Source: an uncultured delta proteobacterium
GTDB lineage: Bacteria > Myxococcota_A > Polyangia > Polyangiales > B10-G4
Direction of reading: 5' to 3'
Assembly: GCA_963727445.1 (NCBI GenBank)
Contig: CAVSGI010000010.1
Span: forward strand, 800,001-864,000
Length of the DNA: 64,000 nt
Notes under the pieces: model-generated
What the model was told of the DNA's origin: nothing
What the model saw: the letters and a program-made list of their open reading frames with translations, nothing else
Databases searched by the model: none
Position numbers and translations under genes: made by a program
Shown: positions 29,429-38,560 of the stretch, one piece after another
Layout: each line of letters opens with the position of its first letter
Numbering within the stretch: position 1 is the stretch's first letter

Positions 29429-30780
29429 AGCGATTGACTCGACGCGCGTTCGTTCGCAGCCTGGGCGTCGCGAGCGCAGCCGCCGGCGCCGCGACTCTGC
29501 TCTCGCCCGGCGCGGTCCGCGGAGAGACCTGCTCCGCTCCCACGCCCGGCGCGGTGAAGCGCTTCATCGCATTCGTCACGCCCATCGGCTTCGTCAAGGA
29601 CCAGTGGGCTCGCTCCACCGGACCGACCCCGCAGGAGTTCGAGCTGATCGGCTCGCTCGCGCCCCTCGCAACGCATCGCGAGCGCCTGCTGCTCTTGAAA
29701 GGCCTCGACATGAGCGCGTCCTACGGCGGCTCCGCGGGCACCGGACATCCCCGTGGCATCGGTGCGCTGCTCACCGGTCGGCGCCTCAACCCGGGGAGCT
29801 TCGGGGACGGTGTCGGTTGGGCCTCCGGCCAGAGCATCGATCAGCGCATCGCTGACCACGTCGGTGGCATGACCCCGTTTCGGTCTCTCGAGCTGGGCGT
29901 CGGTCTCGGCGACCGCAGCAACGTCTTCAACCGCATCTCGTACCTCGGCTCCGACCGCCCGCTCGCGTCCATCGACGACCCACGTGTGGCGTTCGACCGA
30001 CTGTTCGGCGGCCTGGTGGGTGACGAGAGCGAGCAGCAGTTCCGGCGTTCCACGCGGCGGAGTGTTCTCGATTTCGTCGGCGCCGAGCTCACCGCGCTTC
30101 GTGGCCGCGCAGGAGCCAGCGCGAGGGCGGACATCGACGCGCACCTCGAGTCGCTCCGCGAGCTCGAGCGCCGCGTCGACGACATCGGTGCCGCGTGCGC
30201 GGCGCCGGACGCGCCCCTCGCGTTCGATCCGAACGACCGCCAGCAGTACCCGGAGATCGGCCGAGCCCAGATGGACCTCCTCGTGGAGGCGATGGGCTGC
30301 GACCTCACCCGGGTCGCGACGCTCCTGTGGTCCGGGTCGGTCAGCAGCCAGACCTTCCGTTTTCTGCCCACGCCGATCACGGAAGGCCACCACGCGCTCT
30401 CGCACCCCGGCGCCAACGGCTACGACCCCGCTGAAGCGCTCTCGAAGCAGACGCGGATCTACGCGTGGTACGCACGACAGTTCGCATATCTCCTCGACCG
30501 GCTCGCCTGCACACCGGAGCCGACGGGAGACGGCAGCCTCCTCGATCACACGGTGATCTTCTGGGGCAGCGAGCTGGCTCACGCGGAGACCCACGAGCGC
30601 AACAACATGCGCTTCGTCCTGGCCGGCGGCGACGCTTTCCTGAAGACCGGCCGCATGTCGAACGTCGACCGGAGTCACAACGACCTCCTGGTTTCTCTCG
30701 CTCAATCGGTCGGCGTCCCCATCGACACGTTCGGCGAACGCACGCACTGCGCTGGGCCGCTCACGGAGATCCACCAATGA
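29425..30780 (+). CDS. DUF1552 family protein with Tat signal
   Basis: TRRAFVRSLG, SIDQRIA, RRSVLD, CDLTRVAT, HHALSH, SLLDHT. Confidence 0.9.
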   Translation: MKRLTRRAFVRSLGVASAAAGAATLLSPGAVRGETCSAPTPGAVKRFIAFVTPIGFVKDQWARSTGPTPQEFELIGSLAPLATHRERLLLLKGLDMSASYGGSAGTGHPRGIGALLTGRRLNPGSFGDGVGWASGQSIDQRIADHVGGMTPFRSLELGVGLGDRSNVFNRISYLGSDRPLASIDDPRVAFDRLFGGLVGDESEQQFRRSTRRSVLDFVGAELTALRGRAGASARADIDAHLESLRELERRVDDIGAACAAPDAPLAFDPNDRQQYPEIGRAQMDLLVEAMGCDLTRVATLLWSGSVSSQTFRFLPTPITEGHHALSHPGANGYDPAEALSKQTRIYAWYARQFAYLLDRLACTPEPTGDGSLLDHTVIFWGSELAHAETHERNNMRFVLAGGDAFLKTGRMSNVDRSHNDLLVSLAQSVGVPIDTFGERTHCAGPLTEIHQ

Positions 30781-32414
30781 ACTGCCAGATCGTCTTCCTG
30801 CGCCTCGTCCTCCTCCTGCTCCTCCTGCCCGCAATTGGCTGCGCGATGGGGGCAGCGACCGACGACGACGTCTACGCCATCAACGAAGAGGCGCTGACGT
30901 CGCTCGACGCCCCTGGACCCGGCCATCCACTGGTCTTCGGAAGGGACATGTCGGAGGGGCTGAACGGCGTCCCGATTCACCGGGCCAGCCGAGACCGCGA
31001 CAACGTCGCGAGGACCCTCTACGTCGTGCGCGTCGACGATCTCGCGCGCGGCGAGCGGCTCAGGCTCCGGGGGCAGCTGATGCTTTCGTTCTGCGGACGG
31101 AAAGACATCGCTGGGGAGAGCAGCGACGCGTCGACCACGCCGTGCACCAGCCGTGCGATGCGGCATCACCCCTATCGCTACTCGCCGCACATCCATGCGG
31201 CGTTCGTACTCTCCGATCGCCGCGATGGTGGAGATGGCCACCGCATCTCCGACTGGTTCAACATGTCGTGCACTTCACGAAAGCACCACTGCGCGCTGTC
31301 GATTCCCGAGGTTCGAGTCGACGATCTCGCGCCGCATGCGCGGGGCTTCGTCAAACTGGTGGTGACCGCCAGCGGGCCGAACGACGAGGTGCGCGACGGG
31401 CACGTGATGGAGGTCGAGCGTGGACGTGGGGGGCTCTACGTGACCCGCGAGCTCCCCGAGCTCACCCATGGCGAGCAGTTCGTCGAGGACACGCCGCGAA
31501 TCGGACGCTGGGTGGGCGTCGACCAGACCGAGGACGAAGGCGACCACACCCTGGTGAGGCGGGTGATCTTCCGGGTGAAGCTGCGGAACCTCGAGGCCGG
31601 CGACGTCGTCTCGGCGGACGCACGGATGCGCGCCGAGATCCGCATGCACGACGGCGGGTGCGATCCGCTCATCAACACCGAGGTGATCCTCACGCGAGGG
31701 CGTACTCGCACCGCCCACGGCTCACCCGACACGAACATCGCGGCGAGGAACGGGATCAACTGCACCGACCACTCCGGCAGCTGTGTCTACGAAGCCTCGG
31801 GCGCCACCCACATCCGCCGGGACACGCCCTCGACGATGTATGCGAGCTTCGTCGCGTACGCGAAGCGCTCCTGCGCCCAGCCGAACGGGCGAGACACCTG
31901 GCGCGCGATGCGCCGAGGAAGCCGCTTCACCGTTCACGTGCGACACCCGACTCCCGACACTCACAGCGTCTTGTTCGTCGCGCCCGACATGGCGGACACC
32001 GTCGCGTTCTCGCGTTACTGGAACCCGACGGACACCGACCATTTCTACACGACCGACCGCGACGATGCCGGAGCAGCGCTTCTCGGCTATCGGTACGAGA
32101 CCGCTGAAGGGCGCCTCTTCCCCGACCGTGAGGTCGGCACCGTGCCCCTCTACCAGTACTACTGCGGTGACTCGCGCAAAGACCACTTCTACACCATCGA
32201 CGCTCTCGAATCGGAGCTCGTCGCTTCCACCGGCTGCGACTACGAGGGGATCGCCGGTTACGCGTTCGCATCCGCCCGCCCCGATGCAGCGCCCCTGCAC
32301 CGATACCAGAACGCGACGACCAGCGATCACTTCTACACCCTCGACCGAAACGATCCGGAGCTCGCCGCCTACGGCTACACCTACGAAGGCGTCGCCGCGC
32401 ACGTCGTCCCCTGA
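30777..32414 (+). CDS. Lipoprotein with C-terminal DUF5648-like (DHFYT x3) domain
   Basis: LLLPAIGC lipobox; three DHFYT..YEG repeats. Confidence 0.75.
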   Translation: MNCQIVFLRLVLLLLLLPAIGCAMGAATDDDVYAINEEALTSLDAPGPGHPLVFGRDMSEGLNGVPIHRASRDRDNVARTLYVVRVDDLARGERLRLRGQLMLSFCGRKDIAGESSDASTTPCTSRAMRHHPYRYSPHIHAAFVLSDRRDGGDGHRISDWFNMSCTSRKHHCALSIPEVRVDDLAPHARGFVKLVVTASGPNDEVRDGHVMEVERGRGGLYVTRELPELTHGEQFVEDTPRIGRWVGVDQTEDEGDHTLVRRVIFRVKLRNLEAGDVVSADARMRAEIRMHDGGCDPLINTEVILTRGRTRTAHGSPDTNIAARNGINCTDHSGSCVYEASGATHIRRDTPSTMYASFVAYAKRSCAQPNGRDTWRAMRRGSRFTVHVRHPTPDTHSVLFVAPDMADTVAFSRYWNPTDTDHFYTTDRDDAGAALLGYRYETAEGRLFPDREVGTVPLYQYYCGDSRKDHFYTIDALESELVASTGCDYEGIAGYAFASARPDAAPLHRYQNATTSDHFYTLDRNDPELAAYGYTYEGVAAHVVP

Positions 32415-32591
32415 TTCCAGCGTCCACTCGAGGTCTCGCCTCCCTGCCAAGTCTGGGCTTGGGTACGTACGGCGGAGATCACTCTCGGATCGGTTGATAC
32501 ACAGCACCAGCGCTCCACGACCCCGGATTTGCGTTGTACTCCTTACAGTTCCCAGCTAAGGACGCTGGGAGCGAAGGGGAGTCGACCAGCG

Positions 32592-33863
32592 GTGCGCGTC
32601 GTCGTCACAGGGATGGGGATCAACACCCCGCTCGGAGATGAGCTCGAGGCCTACTACGAGGGCCTGGTCGGCGGACGTTCGGCCATCTCCAACTGGAAGT
32701 TCTTCGAACATCCCGGCGTGTACTCGAAGGTCGGCGGCGACCTGAGCACCTACGACGCTGCGGGAAAGCTCGCGTCGTTCGAGTCCCGCGTGCCTCCAGA
32801 GGTTCACGCGCGGCTGCGCAAGCTCTTCCGAACCGCACCGTTCTCCACGCGTCTCAGCGTCCTGTGCTCCCTCGACGCCTGGCTCGACGCCGGGCTCGGT
32901 TTCGACGAGGACCCCTGGCGTCGGGCGGTCGTGCTGGCGGGGCACAATCTGAACGAAAACTATTTGATGAAGAACTTCGAGACCTTCCAGGAGGAGCCGG
33001 ATTGGATCGATCCGCTCGCCGCGGTCTCGATGCTCGATACGGACCATGCGTCGTCCATCGGTGAAACCCTCGGCTGCCGCGGCGCTCTCTACACGGTGGG
33101 CGGTGCATGCGCGAGCGCCAACATCGCGCTCCGCTCGGCGGTGGACGAGATCCGCTACCACGGCCACGACGTCGCGATGGTCACGGGGGCGGCGCTGGAT
33201 TTCTCGCCCATGGGACTGCAGGCGATGGCGCTCCTCGGAGCGATCACCTTCGAGAGCTTTCATGACGAGCCGGCCCGCGCCAGTCGGCCCTACGACACCG
33301 CGCGCGAGGGATTCGTGCCTTCGCACGGGGCAGGCTCACTCGTCCTCGAGTCCCTCGATCACGCCCGAGCGCGCGGCGCGAGGATCCATGCGGAGATCCT
33401 GGCATGCGAAGCCGCGTCGGACGCGAGCCACCTGCCGGCTCCTTCCCAGGAGGGACAGGAGCACACGATCCGCAAGGTGCTCGACCACGGCGGCATCGCA
33501 CCGGAACAGGTAGACTTCGTCTCGGCTCACGCGACATCGACTCCGCTGGGCGATATCTCCGAGCTCCGTGCGATCAAGTCGGTGTTTGGCGAGCACACCG
33601 ACTCGCTGAAGATCAACGCCCCGAAATCCATGCTCGGGCATACGTGCTGGGCCGCCCCCGCGACCGAAGCCATCGCCGCGATCCTGCAGATGAAGCACGG
33701 GCGACTGCACCCGTCCATCAACGTCGACGACCTCGATCCGGAAGTGGACGTCGACATCTGCGCCAACCAGGCCGTCGACCACGAGGTCCGCATCATCCTC
33801 AAGAATTCTTTCGGATTCGGAGGCATCAACTGTTGCGCGCTGTTCGGACGGTGGGATGGGTGA
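32592..33863 (+). CDS. Discrete beta-ketoacyl-ACP synthase (FabF/PksF-like) with intact Cys-His-His
   Basis: VVVTGMG, VGGACASA, AHATST, KSMLGHT, NSFGFGG; GTG start after aaggggag. Confidence 0.92.
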   Translation: MRVVVTGMGINTPLGDELEAYYEGLVGGRSAISNWKFFEHPGVYSKVGGDLSTYDAAGKLASFESRVPPEVHARLRKLFRTAPFSTRLSVLCSLDAWLDAGLGFDEDPWRRAVVLAGHNLNENYLMKNFETFQEEPDWIDPLAAVSMLDTDHASSIGETLGCRGALYTVGGACASANIALRSAVDEIRYHGHDVAMVTGAALDFSPMGLQAMALLGAITFESFHDEPARASRPYDTAREGFVPSHGAGSLVLESLDHARARGARIHAEILACEAASDASHLPAPSQEGQEHTIRKVLDHGGIAPEQVDFVSAHATSTPLGDISELRAIKSVFGEHTDSLKINAPKSMLGHTCWAAPATEAIAAILQMKHGRLHPSINVDDLDPEVDVDICANQAVDHEVRIILKNSFGFGGINCCALFGRWDG

Positions 33864-35088
33864 CTGGAGCGGCAAGGCTGTGCTCGTCACTGGTGGCACG
33901 CGCGGCATCGGGCTGGCCATCGGAAAGGCGTTCGGCGCGCTCGGGGCCGACGTCGTCCTGACCCATCGTTGGGGTAGCGCCGATGAGGACGCGATTCGGC
34001 GTCAGTTCGCCGACCTCTCGGCGCCCGTACCGTCGATCGTCGAAGCCGACGCCGGATCGGACGAGGATCTGGACGCTCTGCTGGAGCTCCTGCGGCCGAA
34101 GATCGACCGCATCGAGCTATTCGTCTCGAACGTCGCGGTCGTCCAGCGCGGTGACGGGAACTTCCAGGAGCGAGCCCTTCGGCAATCGATGCGCTGGAGC
34201 ACGTGGCCGCTGAAACGCTACGTCGAGGCGATCGCGGAAGCCTTCGGCGAGCCGCCGCGCCGGGTCGTGGCGCTGTCGTCCGATGGACACGAGCACTTCT
34301 ACCCGGGCTACGGCTACGTCGCAGCATCCAAGGCGGCGCTCGAGACGCTCTGCCTCCAGATGCTGCAGCGCTTTCCCTCGATGCAGTGCAACGTGGTGCG
34401 GTCGCGACAGGTTCACACCACGAGCTTCGACGAGATCTTCGGTGAGGGAGCGCGGGAGCTCATCGCCCGCTTCGAACCCTTCGACTTGAGCGCCGAGACC
34501 GTCGCCGAGACCGTCGTCGCGCTGTCCTCCGGACGCCTCGATGCCTGCACCGGCGAGGTGATCGTCATCGATCGCGGCGCCACCTTCGGTGACAACCTCG
34601 TCTTCACGGGCCCCATCCTTCTCGGAGAGGCGACGCCCGAGTTCGAGCCGGTGAGGCCCACGCCGGTGACCCACGTCCAATGGCTCGACGCTGGCGTACC
34701 TCGGCCCGCGCAGGACCGATGGCCCGGGGTGACGTTCGTCGGTGACGAAGAGCCGGCCGATGCAGTGGTCGCTGGCATCGATTGGCGCGCGGCGGGTGAG
34801 GAGGCGATCGCGCTGCTGACGGGACGGCTCCAGGCGCTCCGCGACGGCGGCGTTCGCCCGCGCTACGCCATACAGATCGACCTCGGTTCCGAGCTGTCGC
34901 CGGAGTGTGCCGCGAGCCGCTCCGTGGGTCGATACTTCGACGCCTGGCGCCTGCAGGAGGACTTCCGACTCAACTTCGTCGACGTCCGAGGCGCCGCCGA
35001 CCTCGCCACCGACGCCGTGGTCGCCCTCACTTCGGGGCAGCTCGATGCGCTCCGCGGGCAGGTCATCCGCTTGAAGGAGCGCCCGTGA
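33856..35088 (+). CDS. SDR, FabL-like enoyl-ACP reductase with degenerate C-terminal duplication
   Basis: TGGTRGIG; Y-X6-K (YGYVAASK); C-terminal ALTSGQLDALRGQVI echoes ALSSGRLDACTGEVI. Confidence 0.75.
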   Translation: MGDWSGKAVLVTGGTRGIGLAIGKAFGALGADVVLTHRWGSADEDAIRRQFADLSAPVPSIVEADAGSDEDLDALLELLRPKIDRIELFVSNVAVVQRGDGNFQERALRQSMRWSTWPLKRYVEAIAEAFGEPPRRVVALSSDGHEHFYPGYGYVAASKAALETLCLQMLQRFPSMQCNVVRSRQVHTTSFDEIFGEGARELIARFEPFDLSAETVAETVVALSSGRLDACTGEVIVIDRGATFGDNLVFTGPILLGEATPEFEPVRPTPVTHVQWLDAGVPRPAQDRWPGVTFVGDEEPADAVVAGIDWRAAGEEAIALLTGRLQALRDGGVRPRYAIQIDLGSELSPECAASRSVGRYFDAWRLQEDFRLNFVDVRGAADLATDAVVALTSGQLDALRGQVIRLKERP

Positions 35089-36338
35089 GCTCACCGTTCG
35101 ACTACAGCCTGTCGGACTTCTTCGCCGGCGACTTCGAAGACCCGCTCAAAGCGCCGCCGGAGTTCACGAAGTGGCGCGGGGAGGCGCGGGAGTACCACGC
35201 CCTCTTCGAGCGAACTCTGGCCACCGCCGCCGACGTCCGATGCTCGATCGCGCTCGAAGGCGGCCGCCGAGACGTCATCAACATGGCGTCCCTCGACTAC
35301 CTGGGCATCTGCCGTCACCCCGAGGTGGTCGCCGCGCAGCAGCGAGCGCTCGACACCTGGGGCTCGGGCGCCTGCGGAGTACCGCTCCTCAGTGGCATGA
35401 CCACCGAGCACCGCGCGCTCCAAGACGAAATGAGCGACCTCACCGGCAACACCGGCACCGTGCTCTTCACCAGTGGATACGCCGGCGCCACGGGCCTCTG
35501 CTCCGCCGTCCTTCGACGTGGCGACGTCGCCATCCTCGACGCCCACGCACACATGTCCTGGGTCGATGGCGTACACATGGCGAACGCCAAAGTCGTCACC
35601 TTCGATCACAACGATCCCGACGCGCTGGAGCGCCGGCTCGAAGAGCATCGAGAGGCGCGGCGGCTGGTCGTCGTCGATGGTCTCTATTCGATGGACGGCG
35701 ATCTGGCCGACCTCCCCGCGCTCCTGGACCGCTGCGACGCGCACGGCGTCGGGATGGTCGTCGACGAGGCGCACTCGATGTTCGCGCTCGGCGACGAGGG
35801 TGGCGGGGCCACGGCGCACTTCGGCGTACGGGATCGAGTGCGCCTTCTCTTCGGCACCTTTTCCAAGGCTTTGAGCGTCGTCGGCGCTTTCATCTCTGGC
35901 GACGCCGAGCTGATCGACTACGTCCGCTACTACGGCCACCCGTACGTCTTCTCCGCCGCGCTGCCGCCGGCGACCGTGGCAGGGATTCGCAAAGCGGTGA
36001 GCATCGTTCGCCGCAGCCCCGAGCTACGCGCCTCGCTGTGGGAGAACCAGGCCTATTTCCGCGACGGCCTGCAGGCGATGGGGCTCGACACCGGCGAGAG
36101 CGAGACGTGGGTCGTGCCGGTGATCGTGGGCGGCGACCGAGAGCTCCTGTACCGCGGCGTGCTCGAGCTGATGGAGCGAGGGCTCTTCGTCGCCCCGGTG
36201 GACTTTCCCGCGGTCGCCGAGGATCGCGTCCGTATTCGATGCGCCGTGAGCGCCGGGCACACGCGCGAGGATCTCGACACGGCGCTCAGCTTGATCGAAG
36301 ACGTGATCGCACGACCGATGCGGAGCCGGGGTCGATGA
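35085..36338 (+). CDS. PLP-dependent alpha-oxoamine synthase (BioF/SPT/Kbl family)
   Basis: SLDYLG, YSMDGD, DEAHS, GTFSKA, YVFSAALPP. Confidence 0.9.
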   Translation: MSSPFDYSLSDFFAGDFEDPLKAPPEFTKWRGEAREYHALFERTLATAADVRCSIALEGGRRDVINMASLDYLGICRHPEVVAAQQRALDTWGSGACGVPLLSGMTTEHRALQDEMSDLTGNTGTVLFTSGYAGATGLCSAVLRRGDVAILDAHAHMSWVDGVHMANAKVVTFDHNDPDALERRLEEHREARRLVVVDGLYSMDGDLADLPALLDRCDAHGVGMVVDEAHSMFALGDEGGGATAHFGVRDRVRLLFGTFSKALSVVGAFISGDAELIDYVRYYGHPYVFSAALPPATVAGIRKAVSIVRRSPELRASLWENQAYFRDGLQAMGLDTGESETWVVPVIVGGDRELLYRGVLELMERGLFVAPVDFPAVAEDRVRIRCAVSAGHTREDLDTALSLIEDVIARPMRSRGR

Positions 36339-37291
36339 GGCCTCTGATCTTCCTCTTCCCGGGACAGAGCTCGCGGGATGCGGAGATGTTCGCCCGCCTC
36401 GAGGCGATCGATCCGCAGGTCGCGACCCGGTTCGCGACGGAAGCGACGTCGCGCGGTGCCTCGCCACCGACGAACGACAGCCCGACGAACCTCGACATCC
36501 AGCTGTCGGTGCACGCCGCGAATCGCGCGTGGGCCACGCTGCTGTCGAAGCGCGGCATGAGCGCCGCGGCCTCTGCTGGGCTGAGCCTGGGCGAGTACGC
36601 ACACCTGGTGGACATCGGGGCGATCGCGGAGACCGATGCTCTCGACCTGGTTCGGCGGCGCGGCGAGCTCTACGACGCCGGACCTCCCGGTGTGATGGCA
36701 GCGCTCTATCCGCTGGACGGGGAGCGCGTCGAGACCATCCTCGGGCGGGTCTCCGCCCGACTCCCCGGCCAGATCGCCGCTGCCGTGTACAACTCGCCGA
36801 GCCAGACCGTGGTCGCGGGGACACCGGAGGCGATCGAAGAGGCAATCGCGATGGCCGAGGAAGAGTACGCCGCCGGTACGGTCATCGAACGCCGCATTCC
36901 GATGCACACGCCGCTCTTCGAAGCGGTCGCCGCGCCGCTCGGCGAGGCGCTCGAGCGTGTCCACTGGCAGGCGACCTCCAAAGCCTACTGGCCAAACGTG
37001 CTCGGTGAGCCGTTGGCTGCGGCTGGGGCGGGTGACCTGGTCACCCTGCTCGCTCGGCACGCCTACGAGCCCGTTCGGTGGCGCCAGACGATCGACGCGA
37101 TGGTCGCGCAGCACCCCGACGCGATCTTCGTCGAGGTCGGTCCAAGACGCGTGCTCACTGATCTGATGAAGCGTCGGTGGCACCCGACCGCCACGGTATT
37201 CGCTCTCGACCCCGGCGCCGACACTCCACCCGAGCGCGTCGGCGGCGCGTTCGAATCCACCATCGAGGAGATCTCGCATGCCCGCGGATGA
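36335..37291 (+). CDS. ACP S-malonyltransferase (FabD-like AT)
   Basis: FLFPGQ, GLSLGEY, RRGEL, PMHT, PVRW, FVEVGP. Confidence 0.88.
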   Translation: MRPLIFLFPGQSSRDAEMFARLEAIDPQVATRFATEATSRGASPPTNDSPTNLDIQLSVHAANRAWATLLSKRGMSAAASAGLSLGEYAHLVDIGAIAETDALDLVRRRGELYDAGPPGVMAALYPLDGERVETILGRVSARLPGQIAAAVYNSPSQTVVAGTPEAIEEAIAMAEEEYAAGTVIERRIPMHTPLFEAVAAPLGEALERVHWQATSKAYWPNVLGEPLAAAGAGDLVTLLARHAYEPVRWRQTIDAMVAQHPDAIFVEVGPRRVLTDLMKRRWHPTATVFALDPGADTPPERVGGAFESTIEEISHARG

Positions 37292-37817
37292 GCTTCAGCG
37301 CCGCGTACGCGCTGCGCGCCGAGCGCCGCTCTTCGACGTGACCGACGTCCCCGCCGTGAGCCACGACCGCCAGGCGATCGGCCGGATCCTCCGGCATCGC
37401 GGGCCGATGCTCCTGCTCGACGAAATCATCGCCGTCGACCCACGCGCGGGGCGTATCGTCGGCCGCAGATCCCTCCTCGACGAGGACTTCGGCTTCGAGG
37501 GTCATTTTCCGAACGACCCGGTCTACCCCGGTGCGCTCCAGGTCGAGCTCGCCGGACAGCTCGGACTGTCACTGAAGTACTTCTTGGACAACGAAACCAC
37601 CGAGATCGCTGAAGACGCGCGCCCGCCCCTGGTTCGTCTTCTTCGCGTCGCGGAAGCGCATTTTGCTGCGCCAGCCGTTCCCGGCGACTCCCTCACTGTC
37701 CTGGCGGAGCGCTTGGAAGACGACGGTTGGACGTATGCATCCATCGCCCAGTTGATCAAGGCCGACACCATCGTGAGTGCGTGTGTGTTCGAAGCCATGG
37801 TGGACGAGGAATCATGA
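37278..37817 (+). CDS. FabZ-like 3-hydroxyacyl-ACP dehydratase
   Basis: HRGPMLLLD, GHFPNDPVYPGALQVE. Confidence 0.88.
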   Translation: MPADELQRRVRAARRAPLFDVTDVPAVSHDRQAIGRILRHRGPMLLLDEIIAVDPRAGRIVGRRSLLDEDFGFEGHFPNDPVYPGALQVELAGQLGLSLKYFLDNETTEIAEDARPPLVRLLRVAEAHFAAPAVPGDSLTVLAERLEDDGWTYASIAQLIKADTIVSACVFEAMVDEES

Positions 37818-38560
37818 GCACACTGTTCATCACCGGAGGCTCGCGCGGCATCGGTGCGGCGACCGTGGCCCACGCGGCCGCGAGCGGCCACGACGTCGCG
37901 TTCACCTACGTCAACGACGCTGACGCGGCCGATGCCGTCATCGCGCGAGTGGCCGAGGCGAGCCCCGACCGGAAAGTGCGTGCGTATCAGCTCGACGTGA
38001 GGGACTCCGCCGCCGTCGACAGCGTCGCCGACGAGGTGCTGCTGGCCTTCGAGGGCGTCGACGCGGTGATCTGCAACGCCGGCGTCAATCGCAACGGGCT
38101 CGCCTATTCGATGGAGGACGACGAGTGGCAGACCGTGATCGACACCAACCTCACGGGCTCGTTCTACGTCTGCCGCGCGTTCCTACCGGAGCTCATAGCG
38201 AACGGCGGCGGAAAGATCCTCCTGCTTTCGTCGGTCACCGCGTATGGCGCCTCCGGGCAGGCCGCCTACTCGGCGAGCAAGGCAGGCCTTCACGGCCTCG
38301 CCCAGACCCTCGCGAAGGAGTACGGGCCGAAGAACGTGACGACCAACGTCGTCCTCCCGGGATACTTCGACACCGACATGACGCGCGGTGAAGGAATGTC
38401 CACGCAGCTGCGCGACTACGCGACGGGCTACTGCCCGCTACGCAGACTCGGTGAGCTCGATGAGCTGGCCCAGACGATGCTCTTTCTCCTGTCGCCAGCC
38501 GCGGGCTTCATCAACGGCGCGGTGATTCCGGTCACCGGCGGATTGGATTGGGCGCTGTGA
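37814..38560 (+). CDS. FabG-like 3-oxoacyl-ACP reductase
   Basis: TGGSRGIG, CNAG, GQAAYSASK, PGYFDTDM. Confidence 0.9.
   Translation: MSTLFITGGSRGIGAATVAHAAASGHDVAFTYVNDADAADAVIARVAEASPDRKVRAYQLDVRDSAAVDSVADEVLLAFEGVDAVICNAGVNRNGLAYSMEDDEWQTVIDTNLTGSFYVCRAFLPELIANGGGKILLLSSVTAYGASGQAAYSASKAGLHGLAQTLAKEYGPKNVTTNVVLPGYFDTDMTRGEGMSTQLRDYATGYCPLRRLGELDELAQTMLFLLSPAAGFINGAVIPVTGGLDWAL

Noticed and set aside
32550..32570. Hairpin tcccagc/gctggga upstream of the KS as a riboswitch
   Set aside because: Only a 7-bp stem, with no recognisable aptamer or terminator
35085..36338. bioF of biotin synthesis
   Set aside because: No bioA/B/C/D in the window and the gene is embedded in the acyl operon, so the symbol was withheld
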